Assembly: GCA_964035545.1 (NCBI GenBank)
Contig: OZ037773.1
Coordinates: 6,787,751-6,851,750, forward strand
Direction: 5' to 3'
Length of the DNA: 64,000 bases
From: Bugula neritina
Lineage: Eukaryota > Animalia > Bryozoa
The notes under the pieces: model-generated
Databases searched by the model: none
What the model saw: the letters and a program-made list of their open reading frames with translations, nothing else
Told to the model about the DNA's origin: nothing
Shown here: positions 26,401-38,459 of the stretch, piece by piece
Layout: every line of letters begins with the position of its first letter
Numbering within the stretch: position 1 is the stretch's first letter
Program-made: the position numbers and the translations under genes

Positions 26401-27323
26401 AATAAATAATGATTGCAAATATATTGTTTTTTTTAACTTTTTGCTAATTGCTGTCAAAAAATTTTGCGACCTTGATTGAAGTAGGATTTTTGTGCTCATT
26501 TTCATAAGATTATTGTTGTCGCTGGACGTAATTTAATGCATTTGCCCACATCCAATTTCATACATTCTTCTTGCGATGAATTCACTTACTTACTGTATTG
26601 TAATATAAAAAACATGTAAACTGATATCTTTCTAAGTACTAGAATAATAGCATAAAACTAAAATGGTTCAGTAAATGATAGCTGTCAATGTGAGCGGCAC
26701 TCTAATTATTATTGCCAACATTTCAACAAACTCTTCTGAACCATTTTTATTTAACTTTTACTTTTAGTTTAAGTTTTTAGTCTTGCTCTTAGTCTTAGTC
26801 TTAGTCTTCGATTTTAGTTTTTACTCGTAGTCAATCTCAAAGTTATTGTCATTGTCTGATTGCCATTCTGTTGTAAACTTCAATGTGTGCTACTAATGCA
26901 GTAATACTAATAGTAATCAGTAAATCAAAATGTGATGATAATCAATCCAATGTCGAGTTATAAATTGAATTTAATGTCAAACTCAATGATCATGGTAATG
27001 CCAATGGTATGGAAAATCGAAATCTAAAAGTAAATTTGACACTAACAGTAGCTCTAGTCTAAGACTAAGAGTAACTGTAAGTTGTATCAGCATGAGTATC
27101 AGATTTAGAGACAATCGGAATTGTAGTCTGAGTCACTGAAATTGAAAGTGAATCAAAATGGAAATGGTTTTCATTTTTGGATGCAACTAGCTGTGAAATC
27201 TAATGATTATAAAATTAAATTCAATAAACAGTCATGTATATTTATCACCAATATACAATTATATAGAAATTGTAGATAAAGCAGGAAGTGATACAGTGAC
27301 CTGTACTGTACATTGCTCACACT

Positions 27324-30300
27324 ATGTCTGATGACAATGACCGTGATGCTAACCAAGCTTTGGTTGAACTTGATAAAGGTATTTCTTGCTAATTGTACTT
27401 TCTGCTGCTTTTTTCACTATTGCTTTGAAAAGTTTTTTCAAACTATCAGGTGATATTGGTATGATCTGAAGCTTTATAGCAATTGTCTTTTTACCGCTCT
27501 TGAAATATAATTTTAAAATTTCTCGGAAAGGAAATCATACCTTTATGTTTTGAGCATATTATTGTATTTATCCATAGCTCTGTGGCGTTTACTGCAGGTT
27601 TAAGGAGTGGTGGCAAAGGAGAAGGTGATCAAGTGGAGTGTGTCATTTCATTGTCGAAAGTGTTTGATAAACATCCCTTCCCAATCTTTATTAACTCCGC
27701 CTGTTTGAAACTTTCCGACTGTTTCAATGTCAGGTTAGCTCTACATTATTTCTCGAGTGTTTTATTTTATTTTATTCTACACTGAACTAGCAATTTATTC
27801 ACTACATTTGCAAAGTTCGTACTGTACGCCATACCTAAGGTTTATAGCAGTTTTTCAATTGTGGTAGCTGTACCTTATAATAAATGCACTTTTTCCTATA
27901 ATATATGTATCCATTGTGTTTTATGGTAACATATGCACTTCATCTTATAATGTATGCACTTGGTCCTATAATATAAATACTTTATTTTATGATACATGCC
28001 TTTTTCTATATTATATATGTTATCCTATATTATATATGTTATCCTATAATATATGCATTTTGTCCTATAATATATGCACTTCACCTTATAATATATGCAC
28101 TTTGTCCTATAACATATGCACTTTATCCTATAATATATGCACTTTGTCCTATAATATATGCAATTTATCCTATAATATATGTACTTCGCCTTATAATATA
28201 GGCATTTTGTCTTATAATATATGCACTTTGTCCTATAATATATGCACTTTATTTGTAGCAACAACTTTGTTCGTCTCTGTATAGTCAGAGTTCTAGAAGA
28301 AAGTCAGAAGCATTTGGATAAAATACACAACGTTGATGAGTTTATAGCAAGGATATTCCAAGTAGTTCATAGTAATGACCCTGTGGCCAGAGCTGTCACT
28401 ATTAGGTAACATCTTATCTTGTCTTTTCTTATTTCAATACCAGAGTAAGAAATTGAGTTGTGAATGTAATCAGTAAAGCTTGTGTTCAGTATGTGTTAGT
28501 AGGCTGATATTTTTGCTACCATGAGCTAACATACACATTAACTTCGAGTCAGAAAGTGTAATACTGTCCTGCTCATTATGTTTTAGCATGTTTCAGTTTA
28601 TTTTATAATGTTTTTATGAGTTTGACTGCATTTTAATTTTTATTTGCAAAATAATGAAACTTTTTGTTTGAGAAGCGCATATATTTTTCAAAGTTTTTAC
28701 CATATTTATGTGTAAATTAAATATCCCTAACTTGAATTTGCCTGCATAATAAATCTAGAAGTTTACACTATCGAGTGTTGTATTTGCTATTGAAAGTAAA
28801 GTTAAAGGGTGATAATTTTGCTGGAAATTTCACTTTAATCGGTGCATATATTCACAGATGTCTCGCGGCCTGTGCTCCTATACTGGCTAAGCGTAAGAAT
28901 GTACATCACGCCGTGCTGGAGGCCCTCAACTCTAATGATGAGATTGAGGTCCAGGCGTCTATACACGCTGTGCTAGAGTTTTCTAAAGTCTCCCAGACCT
29001 TCAACAAGGGGTCCTTAGATGCCATAGCTCATAAGATCCAGGTGAATCATGCAGTATCACATGTGCATTACTTGCTATGGGAAGAAAGATTTCTTGAGTT
29101 GCAATTTAAAAAGTAATCGTTAGTTATTTTATTTTTATTGTGCTAAAATTATATTCTTTCACTAAGATTTTAATAATTAGTCTGTGAAATAAGGAAAAAT
29201 TTGGCCCGAGATGTGTTGAACATTGTATATTCACTCATCTACTTGAAGTTTTCTCTATTGCATGTATGTCTACTATTTCTATTCACCACTTTTTGTTGCT
29301 GATAAAAAAGTTTACAAAATATTTCACAATTTTGAATCAAAAAAATCTGTGTTGTGTGTATAGATAGCCTCAGTGCCAATGAAGTTGCAGCTAATTCCTA
29401 CCCTTCAGTACATGGATGCATCACAGGCAATGACCTTGAAAGCTAAGGCTATATGCGAGAATCTTCTTGACAACTACGTAGCGCATGACGTGGTTATAAC
29501 ATCTCTCACTACGCTGACTAGACTCTGCTGTAGGTCTCTCAGTGGCATTCCTCAGCAGGTGAGTGACATCACGCTATGCAGAGCGACACTGTACATGATA
29601 GTAGCCAGTTATCAACAGCTTCTGCCCTGAGTCTGGTCTTTAATTTCAACTGCTGCATGTGTTTCAGTGAGAAAAACATTGTATATGAAGTTTTTCTGTT
29701 TCAGTGAATTCTGAATGTTGATTATTTCTTAGAGTATATAAGCTTGCCTTGTTGAAATACCCAAATCATATTTGCCAACATTATGTTGATGTTGTGTAGT
29801 TAGAACAGTTGTTCTCCTGGCTGAATGGAGACCACAGGCTATCTGTTCAGCTGTGTGCTCTTGAGAATTTGAGGCTACTAGTTAGAACCTCCCCTCATCA
29901 ACTCACATCAGATCATATTCAGGTGAGTTCATTTTATATTTTGTTTAAAATCATGTTTCTGTATTCACTAGCATTTGGGGTGAGCATTTGTTTTACCGTA
30001 TCTCTAAATAAAAATAAATATTCCATATTATAGTCCTGTAGTTTGCCTGCATAATAAGTATAGCAGTTTGGAATAAAGAGTGGTTCACCATATTTAGTGA
30101 GAGAAAACATGCAGTTAGTTGCTCAACGCTGCTCACAAACTTCTGAACTCTTGTTTCTCATACTCTGGTTCTTGCGTATAAATGTTTTGTTGCAATCCAA
30201 ATCAATGTAAGTACTTGCATTAAATATATTTGTCTTATGCTAGCAGTAAGTGAAGTTGGTTTACGATGTTTTGCAGCTGATGTTGAGATATGCTAGCAAT

Positions 30301-33300
30301 ACCTGTGATGTAAAGTGTAAGCTGGAGGTATTTCGTATACTGGTGGCTGCAGTTGGTCCAGTCACCTTTCACTGCTTCATCCCTGACGGTGACTACTCAG
30401 TGCTGGCATCTCTTATCGACCTGTATTGCTTTGACCTTGACTTGGAGGTGAAGATGATTATTGTATATTTGTTATATCAGCTATCTGTTTGGTTTTCTTT
30501 CCGGTGTTCATACATACTTTTTGTTTTTTTTTCAGGGTGTGCGGGCGTTATGAAAAAAATCATCACACCCGCACACCTATATTACTAATTAAATAGGGAA
30601 AAACATAGAAAATCAAACGAAATTTGAAAAAAAAACCTTGCTTATTCAGTTGTATTTGGCAATATTTTATCAGTTTAATTCAAGAAACTATATATACATT
30701 AGCAGCTAAACTGTGAAAAATAGCTAAAAACTAGATATATATAGTATGTGCTAACTTGAGTAAAATGACTCAAGTAGAGTTTCTATATAACAGCTGCAAG
30801 ACTTTTGACATTCAAGTTTCTCTACTTTAGGTGTCCGGATGCTGCCTGCTGCTCTGCTCAAAGCTGCTGCTGAATCTTCCAGCTGCCGAGGAGTTTGCCA
30901 AGTGGAGTGAGCCGGTAGTGACTGCCGTTCAGTCTCTCGTGCTCACTGCTGCGTCTCAGTCACTCCTTAAGCCACTCAAGGTGAGTCATTCACTTCTCTC
31001 AGTCATTCACTCACTTCTCTTCCACTCAGCTAGTCACTAGTCACTCTCTCAGTCACTCCCTCGTTCACTCTCAGTCATTCTTTCAGTCACTCAGTCACTC
31101 ACTCAGTCATTCTCTCAGTCACTCTCTCAGTCATTCACTCTCTCAGTCACTCTCTCAGTCATTCACTCTCTCAGTCACTCTCTATGTCACTCACTGAAAG
31201 TGTATTAATGACTCACTTACTGTGCACTGATGACTCATGAATTAACATCCAGGTGTCCACTCACAGCTATCCTTCACTTTATGTAGCTTTCAATGACTAG
31301 GAGAGAGGGCTGTGCTTCCTATTACAGCTGCTGGTTGCTAGGATACCATTATGCATTCTAATATGGGAGTACCTTATTACTTGTAGTTTAGTGAATGATT
31401 TGTTAACATTGCGTATTGAACTCATTTGTTAGGACTCTTTAATCTGCATGAAGTTACTAGCTGATAGAGTAGACAACACACACTTTCTTGATGTTCTCCT
31501 CACCATACTCTCTTCTACTGCAGACAGTAAGTTTGACCTTTGACCTTTCCTTCTTTTATTGTATGAACGGAAACACCATTGTTCTATTTATACTGTATTT
31601 AGGGCTTCGAGGCTGATTCTTAAAGATATTTAAAAAGTTTGAATTCTTTATAGTTGTTTTGAAAAAATTTCATGAGATTGCAATATTTTATAGAAAATCT
31701 CATTAACTGCAATAGCTTGCAGGAATAACCATTGCGGAGTATGTTAGCAATAGTAAAATGAGAGCAGTAGAGTACAAAGTAATATCACCTTCACAACTGA
31801 ATTTGACACATATTCCTCAAACTCATTGTAATCATTATCCTCACTGCATATGCAGTTATAGTCAAAGTAGCCTTGCCTACTATGTTCATTGGAATAAGCA
31901 TGTTAGTCATGTCTGTTACATATTTCTATCACCATGTTGATATTACTGTGATTGAGGTGAGATCATTTCTTCTATGAAACTGTAACATTCACTGCGTCAA
32001 TGGACCAATACTGTCTTACAGGTTGAATAGATGTTATGCTAAATGCTGCAGCAATTGTAGCTACTCCATCGTTTTGCTGTTTTATTAACATACAACTTAC
32101 TCCACTCCACAATGCGTTTAAAACATAACCTGTATTTACTCTACCGCATGTTTTGTAGACGAATGCTGCATGGCTATATGTGAAGCCTTCATGGTGCTGG
32201 AGTTACCTCCCCATATAGTTTTCCACGATCTTATCAACGTGCTGAAAGAATGGCATGGAAAGGGCAGCAGTCAGTTAGTGGTGAGTCATAGCACATGCTG
32301 CCAGCTGTCATCATCATCTGTGTTCACATGCTGCCAGCTGTCATCATCAGCTGTCTTCACGTGTTCCTTGTTCCATTATTTGTTCTTCAGTGAAAATTTA
32401 AGTGCACCAATATTACAAAATTTAAAGCATCATTTATGCACATGTATAGTTAAGAAATCAAATGTACATTGTCGTGTACTGTAGGTATACTACTCTATAC
32501 TGTAGGTAATACTATTCTATACTGTAGGTATACTACTCTATACTGTAGGTAATGCTACTCTATACTGTAGGTATACTACTCTATACTGTAGGTATACTAC
32601 TCTATACTGTAGGTATACTACTCTATACTGTAGGTATACTACTCTATACTGTAGGTATACTACTCTATACTGTAGGTATACTACTCTATGCTGTAGGTAA
32701 TACTACTCTATGCTGTAGGTATACTACTCTATACTGTAGGTATACTACTCTGTACTGTAGGTATACTACCCTATACTGTAGGTATACTACTCTATACTGT
32801 AAGTATACTACTCTATACTGTAGGTAATACTACTCTATACTGTAGGTATACTACTCTATACTGTAGGTATACTACTCTGTACTGTAGGTATACTACTCTG
32901 TACTGTAGGTATACTACTCTATACTGTAGGTATACTACTCTATACTGTAAGTAATACTACTCTATGCTGTAGGTATACTACTCTATACTGTAGGTATACT
33001 ACTCTATGCTGTAGGTAATACTACTCTATCCTGTAGGTATACTACTCTATACTGTAGGTATACTACTCTATACTGTAGGTATACTACTCTGTACTGTAGG
33101 TATACTACCCTATACTGTAGGTAATACTACTCTATACTGTAGGTATACTACTCTGTACTGTAGGTAATACTTCTCTATACTGTAGGTAATACTACTCTAT
33201 ACTGTAGGTAATACTACTCTATACTGTAGGTATACTTCTCTATACTGTAGGTATACTACTCTGTACTGTAGGTAATACTACTCTGTACTGTAGGTAATAC

Positions 33301-36300
33301 TACTCTATATTGTAGGTAATGCTCTGCTCTGTGATTCTTCACACCTCTATGTCAGAAGTCAGCATGGGGGAGAGTACACTATCCACACTGTATCAAGTGT
33401 GTCAGAACCAAGACTATTGGTGCATGTTTAGGGTGGCCAGGCAGGCCCTGCGCTATGGTCAGTATCAACTGGCACTCAAACTATTGGAAACACTGAACCA
33501 CCAGGTTAGTGTGAACTTTAATCTTGGCTAAATATTGCCAGTTGGTTTTTTAAGATGATATTTCAGACCCGGCAGTTTCACTCCTTTTAAGTATGTCCTA
33601 TGCTTTATGTAATGAATGTGAAAATCCAAGTTTCTCTGCAGTAATGGCGTGAATTAATAATTTATAAAAATATTATAATGTTTTTTTTTGTTTGAAATAA
33701 ACTTTATGCGAGAACAACGCTTGTTTACAATGGTTTGCAGCAGTATCAATATTAATTCTACCAGGTTACTTCTAGCGGCGCCATGTACTTCATATCCTGT
33801 TTGAAGTGGTTTGTCTCTGGCCAGATATCCTTGCAATCTCCGTCTGACGAGTCGGGGGAGCTCAGCATCTCCGAGTTAGACAGCGCTATTCTCTCTCTGA
33901 CCAAGGCTATCAGATCTATTGAGGTTTGTCCCCCCCTTCTTGGGTCTCCTTGTTACAATCAATTAATATCACACATGACTGATAAAGTCAATAGCAGTGG
34001 TTTTCTTTGCAGGCGGCTAGCAAGTTCAGCTCACAGTTCAATTTTCATTCAACTTATTTAAATCTTCTCTTATCTGATTTGGAAACTCACCGAAGAGCTC
34101 AGTGTGTGTGCAATATGTACTGGAGTTGCCCACCTCCTGCTATCGGGAAAATAGAAGGTGCTAGAACAGGAGATGATCTCATTAGGTATTGCACTTATGT
34201 TTGGTTGTAAATAGTGCTAATATATATTTATACACACGACACACACACACACACACCACGACACACACACCACGACACACACACCACAACACACACGCGC
34301 ACAGCTAATCATCCTTCTGTTTAATTCCTATTCCTTAGGTATGGAAGGTTAACTGAGGAGCTCAGAAAATGTTCGGCAGATTTCCATCTTCTCTATAGTC
34401 GGTATTCTAGTCTGCAGGAAACACTCTTAGACGCCGATACCGAAACACATAGACATGTGAAAATGTAAATACTATAAAAAATATAATTTGAGAAAAACTT
34501 TGAGATTATTTCTTGTTCTGCTTTGGTTTGGTGCTATGAAGGCTTATCAGCGTATGGTATCATCTAATTGGAAATAGCTCGACCATTAATTTAGTTCTTA
34601 TAAATATTCCATTCTACCTGAGCGTGTATTGTAAATATTCTGCTACTGAGTATTACTATGAATATTCGTCAACTTGATATAATATTTGTATATTATTTTA
34701 CTTTCTATCGTTATATTCTAAGAGACATTCGAGTGTTTGTCGCAGGTTGATGGAGCGTATATTCCTTATGACTCAGTTAGTGGATAGCCTGCTTAGCGGG
34801 GAGAAACAGTTTTCTGACTCCATCACCCAAGAGGCAGATGAAAACTCTGCTTTTCTTAACTCCATCAAAAGAGAGTGGCCAAGCGTCACGAGTTTTTCAG
34901 ACTCACACGAGGTTGTGGTTTCATTGCAGGTTTGTACGTTCTTAACATCGCCGGGTTTGCTTAGCAGTTCTATAAGGATTTGATTTGGTGGATTTTTGCT
35001 AGTCAACATTTTAAAAGACAGGGGATTAGAGCTTTCCGTTTTTGATCAGCTGATTATTAAACTTAGAGTATAGGAAAGATGAATATTTTATTTTTGAGTT
35101 TATTTCTTAAAACTTTATTAGTTTTAGGCAAAAGAAAAGTTTACTAGCAAATAGAATATTTTTTTAATTAACAGCAATGAAGATTTTGGTGTATTAGATA
35201 AATTTAGGTGACCAGTATAGGTTTTGCCATTCTTCTACATTTAAATCAACAAGTATATATTGAAGTATAGTGTTTGCCTTTTCATATTGAAATTAACCAG
35301 CATATTCAAGTATAGATTTAGTCACGCTTCGTTCCACTCAACAAGTTTTGTATATTCTGGCAGCAAATTAGAGCTTTGAAGGCAGCTTCTTATCGCCTGC
35401 TGACTGAACAGAGACTTCCACTTCCCCGATACTTCTTCCAGAAATTACAAACAACAACAGCCACTGTGAGTTGTCTTCTCTCTTCATGCACTTTCATGTT
35501 GATGTATACACTGTCAGTTACTAGTAGTTGTCTTCCCTCTGTATACACGGTCTGGATTTTGTCTCTGCAGACTGCAGAAATTTATCAGGCAGTGAAATAC
35601 ATGGAATAAAATTAATATTTTTTTCATGAATTTCTACGTGAATCATGGGAGTACAACTCCAACCACTATATCAACGGTCTCTTTACTCAGAGTCTATAAA
35701 TTGAGATAGCTGGTTATCCTAGCCCTCTGTCTTTTAGATAAACGTACGACCACACCAAAAGCCTGGTGAGTCTGTCCTGGTACACGCCCAGTCTTACCTC
35801 ACGCTGACAGTTGAAGGAATCATAAGCTATTCTAGTTCTGACCATCAGAAGAAAGTGAACAAAGTCAGCGTCGAGTTGCAAAGTAAAGTTCAACAGAGTG
35901 GCAGCTCTTCTCATGGGGCAGCAGATGTACTGGGAAAGGTGAGAATACTTTACTTTCCTTTGAATAGTTTCCTTAAAAAATAGAATTGCTTCCTTTTCTA
36001 CTCTGGCAAGATTTGCTAAAACTTATCTGAAATAATTTTTCTGAAAAACCTTGCTGATTTTGGAAATGCTTGAAAAAGTTTTCCCTGCACCAAGTTATAT
36101 TAAACATAGTTTCACCTGCTGGTATTAGTTTGTTATGATCGTACTGTATAGGATGAATATAGTTGTTTCAACTCGTATTGTGCCCCATCCTGTAGAGTGG
36201 CAGATGTTATTTCTTTCCGTAAACAACCAATAATAATAGTCTGTTTTCTGTAAACTCAGAGAGAATCTATTTATCACATTGCTTACTCTTCATGGTTATT

Positions 36301-36759
36301 TATAGACTGAACAAAAAAACTCTCTTTGATTTGGTTTTGAGTTTGTAATCCGTTTTATTATTGGTAATCGGAAACATGATAGTTTTATTCTCTGCCCATT
36401 CTATAATCATTAATTTTCTTTCAGCTCAGTTTCTGGTATCATTTTATATGTTAGCATCATAAAATCACCAGATCCTTTAGAACTATATAAAAGAATTTGT
36501 TGATGTAAAACTAATTCCTGTTGTATAGGAGAGTCGAAAGACGGAGATGAACTTACAGAGTACAGTGAAAGTTGTTAATGAATACTTCTGTACGGACTTC
36601 TTGCTTGCTTTTCCCCTCCCTGGTATACATTCAGTGAAGATTGCTTGTAAAGTCATCGACTGTAATGACATACATTGGGACATCGGATGTACGGCAGACA
36701 TTACAGTCAAATCATACAAAGAGAAGAAACACACATCTCTCATGAAATCTTCCACTTAG
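27324..36759 (+). CDS. INTS7: Integrator complex subunit 7. Exons: 27324-27378, 27598-27733, 28259-28405, 28858-29041, 29364-29558, 29800-29922, 30277-30447, 30831-30980, 31433-31526, 32159-32280, 33316-33504, 33765-33923, 34013-34185, 34339-34464, 34746-34929, 35364-35465, 35738-35938, 36529-36759
   Basis: DANQALVELDKGLRSG, HPFPIFINSACLKLSD, NNFVRLC, HSNDPVARAVT, RKNVHHA, FRVARQALRYG, CPPPAI, LPRYFFQKLQ, LTLTVEGII and FLLAFPLPGIH match the INTS7 family as recalled. GT-AG boundaries with consistent phases. Confidence 0.95.
27872..28250 (+). repeat. 21-bp minisatellite (CCTATAATATATGCACTTTGT-like) running up to the INTS7 exon 3 acceptor
   Basis: Visible; source of the spurious SYNICTL ORFs. 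Confidence 0.9.
30535..30772. mobile_element. Degenerate copy of the same MITE family, in INTS7 intron 7
   Basis: Hairpin GGTGTGCGGGCGT..ACACCCGCACACC, then sequence collinear with 47436-47663 (TGTGAAAAATAGCTAAAAACT; AGTAAAATGAC). Confidence 0.65.
30981..31195 (+). repeat. (TCAGTCA[C/T]TC)-type degenerate satellite starting at the INTS7 exon 8 donor
   Basis: Begins GTGAGTCATTCAC and repeats CAGTCAYTC. Confidence 0.8.
32477..33318 (+). repeat. Minisatellite of 21/22-bp units (CTGTAGGTA[A]TACTACTCTATA), ~39 copies, ending at the INTS7 exon 11 acceptor
   Basis: Directly visible; the final unit supplies the real TTGTAG|GTAATG junction. Confidence 0.95.
34232..34302. repeat. Interrupted (CA)n microsatellite
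   Basis: Visible in INTS7 intron 13. Confidence 0.85.
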
Positions 36760-38459
36760 CCAAACTTTTGGAGTTATCTTCTCGAAGGCATTGTTTCTAT
36801 AATGGCGCATCTTTGAACTGAACATCTGAGAGTTTAGATATCAGTTCATGGATTTTATTAAATGCAGATCTATGTGTTCCAAACAAATTGTTTTACCTTG
36901 CCAAGTGGTATGGTCATGTATTCAACTTCCCATAAGACGTTACATTCTATAATGGCAATATTTACGTATGTATGGACTGTTATGATTTTACAGTTATGAC
37001 AGAAATACAGATTTGGTGCCACTGTTTCCCTTAATCATACCCTATGCGTTGAAAACTGTAAATGTATACGCGTTACTGAATAACTGTCCACATTCAAATA
37101 CATTAGTTTACAAGTTGCAAAATAATACATCAAAGTGTACAAAGTATATTCATTGGCTTTAGAATATATAAATTGCACTATTATGAATGCTAATAGTGCT
37201 GTGAAGCTATCTGAATTTGGCTATGCAAAAATAGCAATTGTAATAAATTATAGCCGCTGTCTGTACCTATATTTATGTAAGATGACTGCATTTATTGGTA
37301 CTTATATGTATTCTTTATTTATAGTTGGAAAGTGCGACAATTTTCACGTTTCAGGCCATTTATCCACCTACGAGTTTGCAGATGTTTGTCACAGCTTATC
37401 ACAATACTGTAATGTCAGAGACACATATCCTTATAGGTTGAGTCAGTTGTTAATTTAATATCTGTACCCACTTCAGTGACTTACTTCATTAAACCTAATC
37501 CAATAATCTACAGTACCTCTTTTGTAAAACCTAATCTATAAATCTACTGTTTCCTTCATAAACTATTAGTTTTGATTCACTTTGGCTGCAAAATCAGCTA
37601 TGCATTATGATGCCCACTTTGGTGCAACATTGCGTCTGCAAAATATTCAAATCAAGTTTTAGTCGCATGTTTAACTCCTGTATCTCATCATAGCCCTGTT
37701 TCCATGCTGGTAACATTATGTTCCAATTGTTATTTTTAAAAGTGAAATTTATCTGTTTCAAGATAAGGGCATATGCAATGGGCACAATCAACAAATAGTA
37801 ATGCTTTAATTTTTAGTTTTTTCAACAGTAGCATAGTGCGACAATTATAAAAATGCAAGTAACAATAATAACTACTAACTTGTTAATTTTGTTAACAAGG
37901 AATTTATGAGTTATGCTTGACAATAATAAAACAATGAAAAAGACATTGTGTAATGACTCTGTGTAGTTTGATTCGCTCTGCCTCAGAATACGGATGCTTT
38001 TATCTCTTATTCTGTAAACTATAGAATCGGTGTTCAAAGTAATTACTTATCTCAGTATCATACTTTGTGCTTTATTATATTTCTGTGACCTAACTATTGT
38101 AAAGCCAGTGTTCTGCTTTACATTGTACTCGAATTCTCTCGTCTTGCAACATACTTCTTCAAATCATCAGGTTAGTCTAATCGGTATTCAATCAATTATC
38201 TTGTTATTAGTTTGTGTTGCTTATGTACTATAATATATCTCTCTCAATTAACACTTCATATCAAATATGTTTCGAATATATGTTCCTCAACGTTTCACTG
38301 CCTTGTTTTACACATTTTACTTGGCTTGTAAAATTCAAAACTGCTACGTATATCTGATTTGTTTGTAATGTTTTTGCATATGACTTTATACTATAACTTT
38401 GTTTAAAAAAGAGTTTGCTTTCTATTTGTATTCATATATCAGTGTTTATTTTTTCAGCC

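Noticed and set aside
27916-28284. Repetitive ORFs (SYNICTL; also LLYTVGI at 32552, HSLT at 4847 and 11325, Ser/Thr/Cys ORF at 25898)
   Set aside because: By-products of intronic satellites; no splice or frame linkage to genes.
32477-33318. CRISPR-like regular repeat array
   Set aside because: Head-to-tail units with no unique spacers, inside a eukaryotic intron, with no cas genes.
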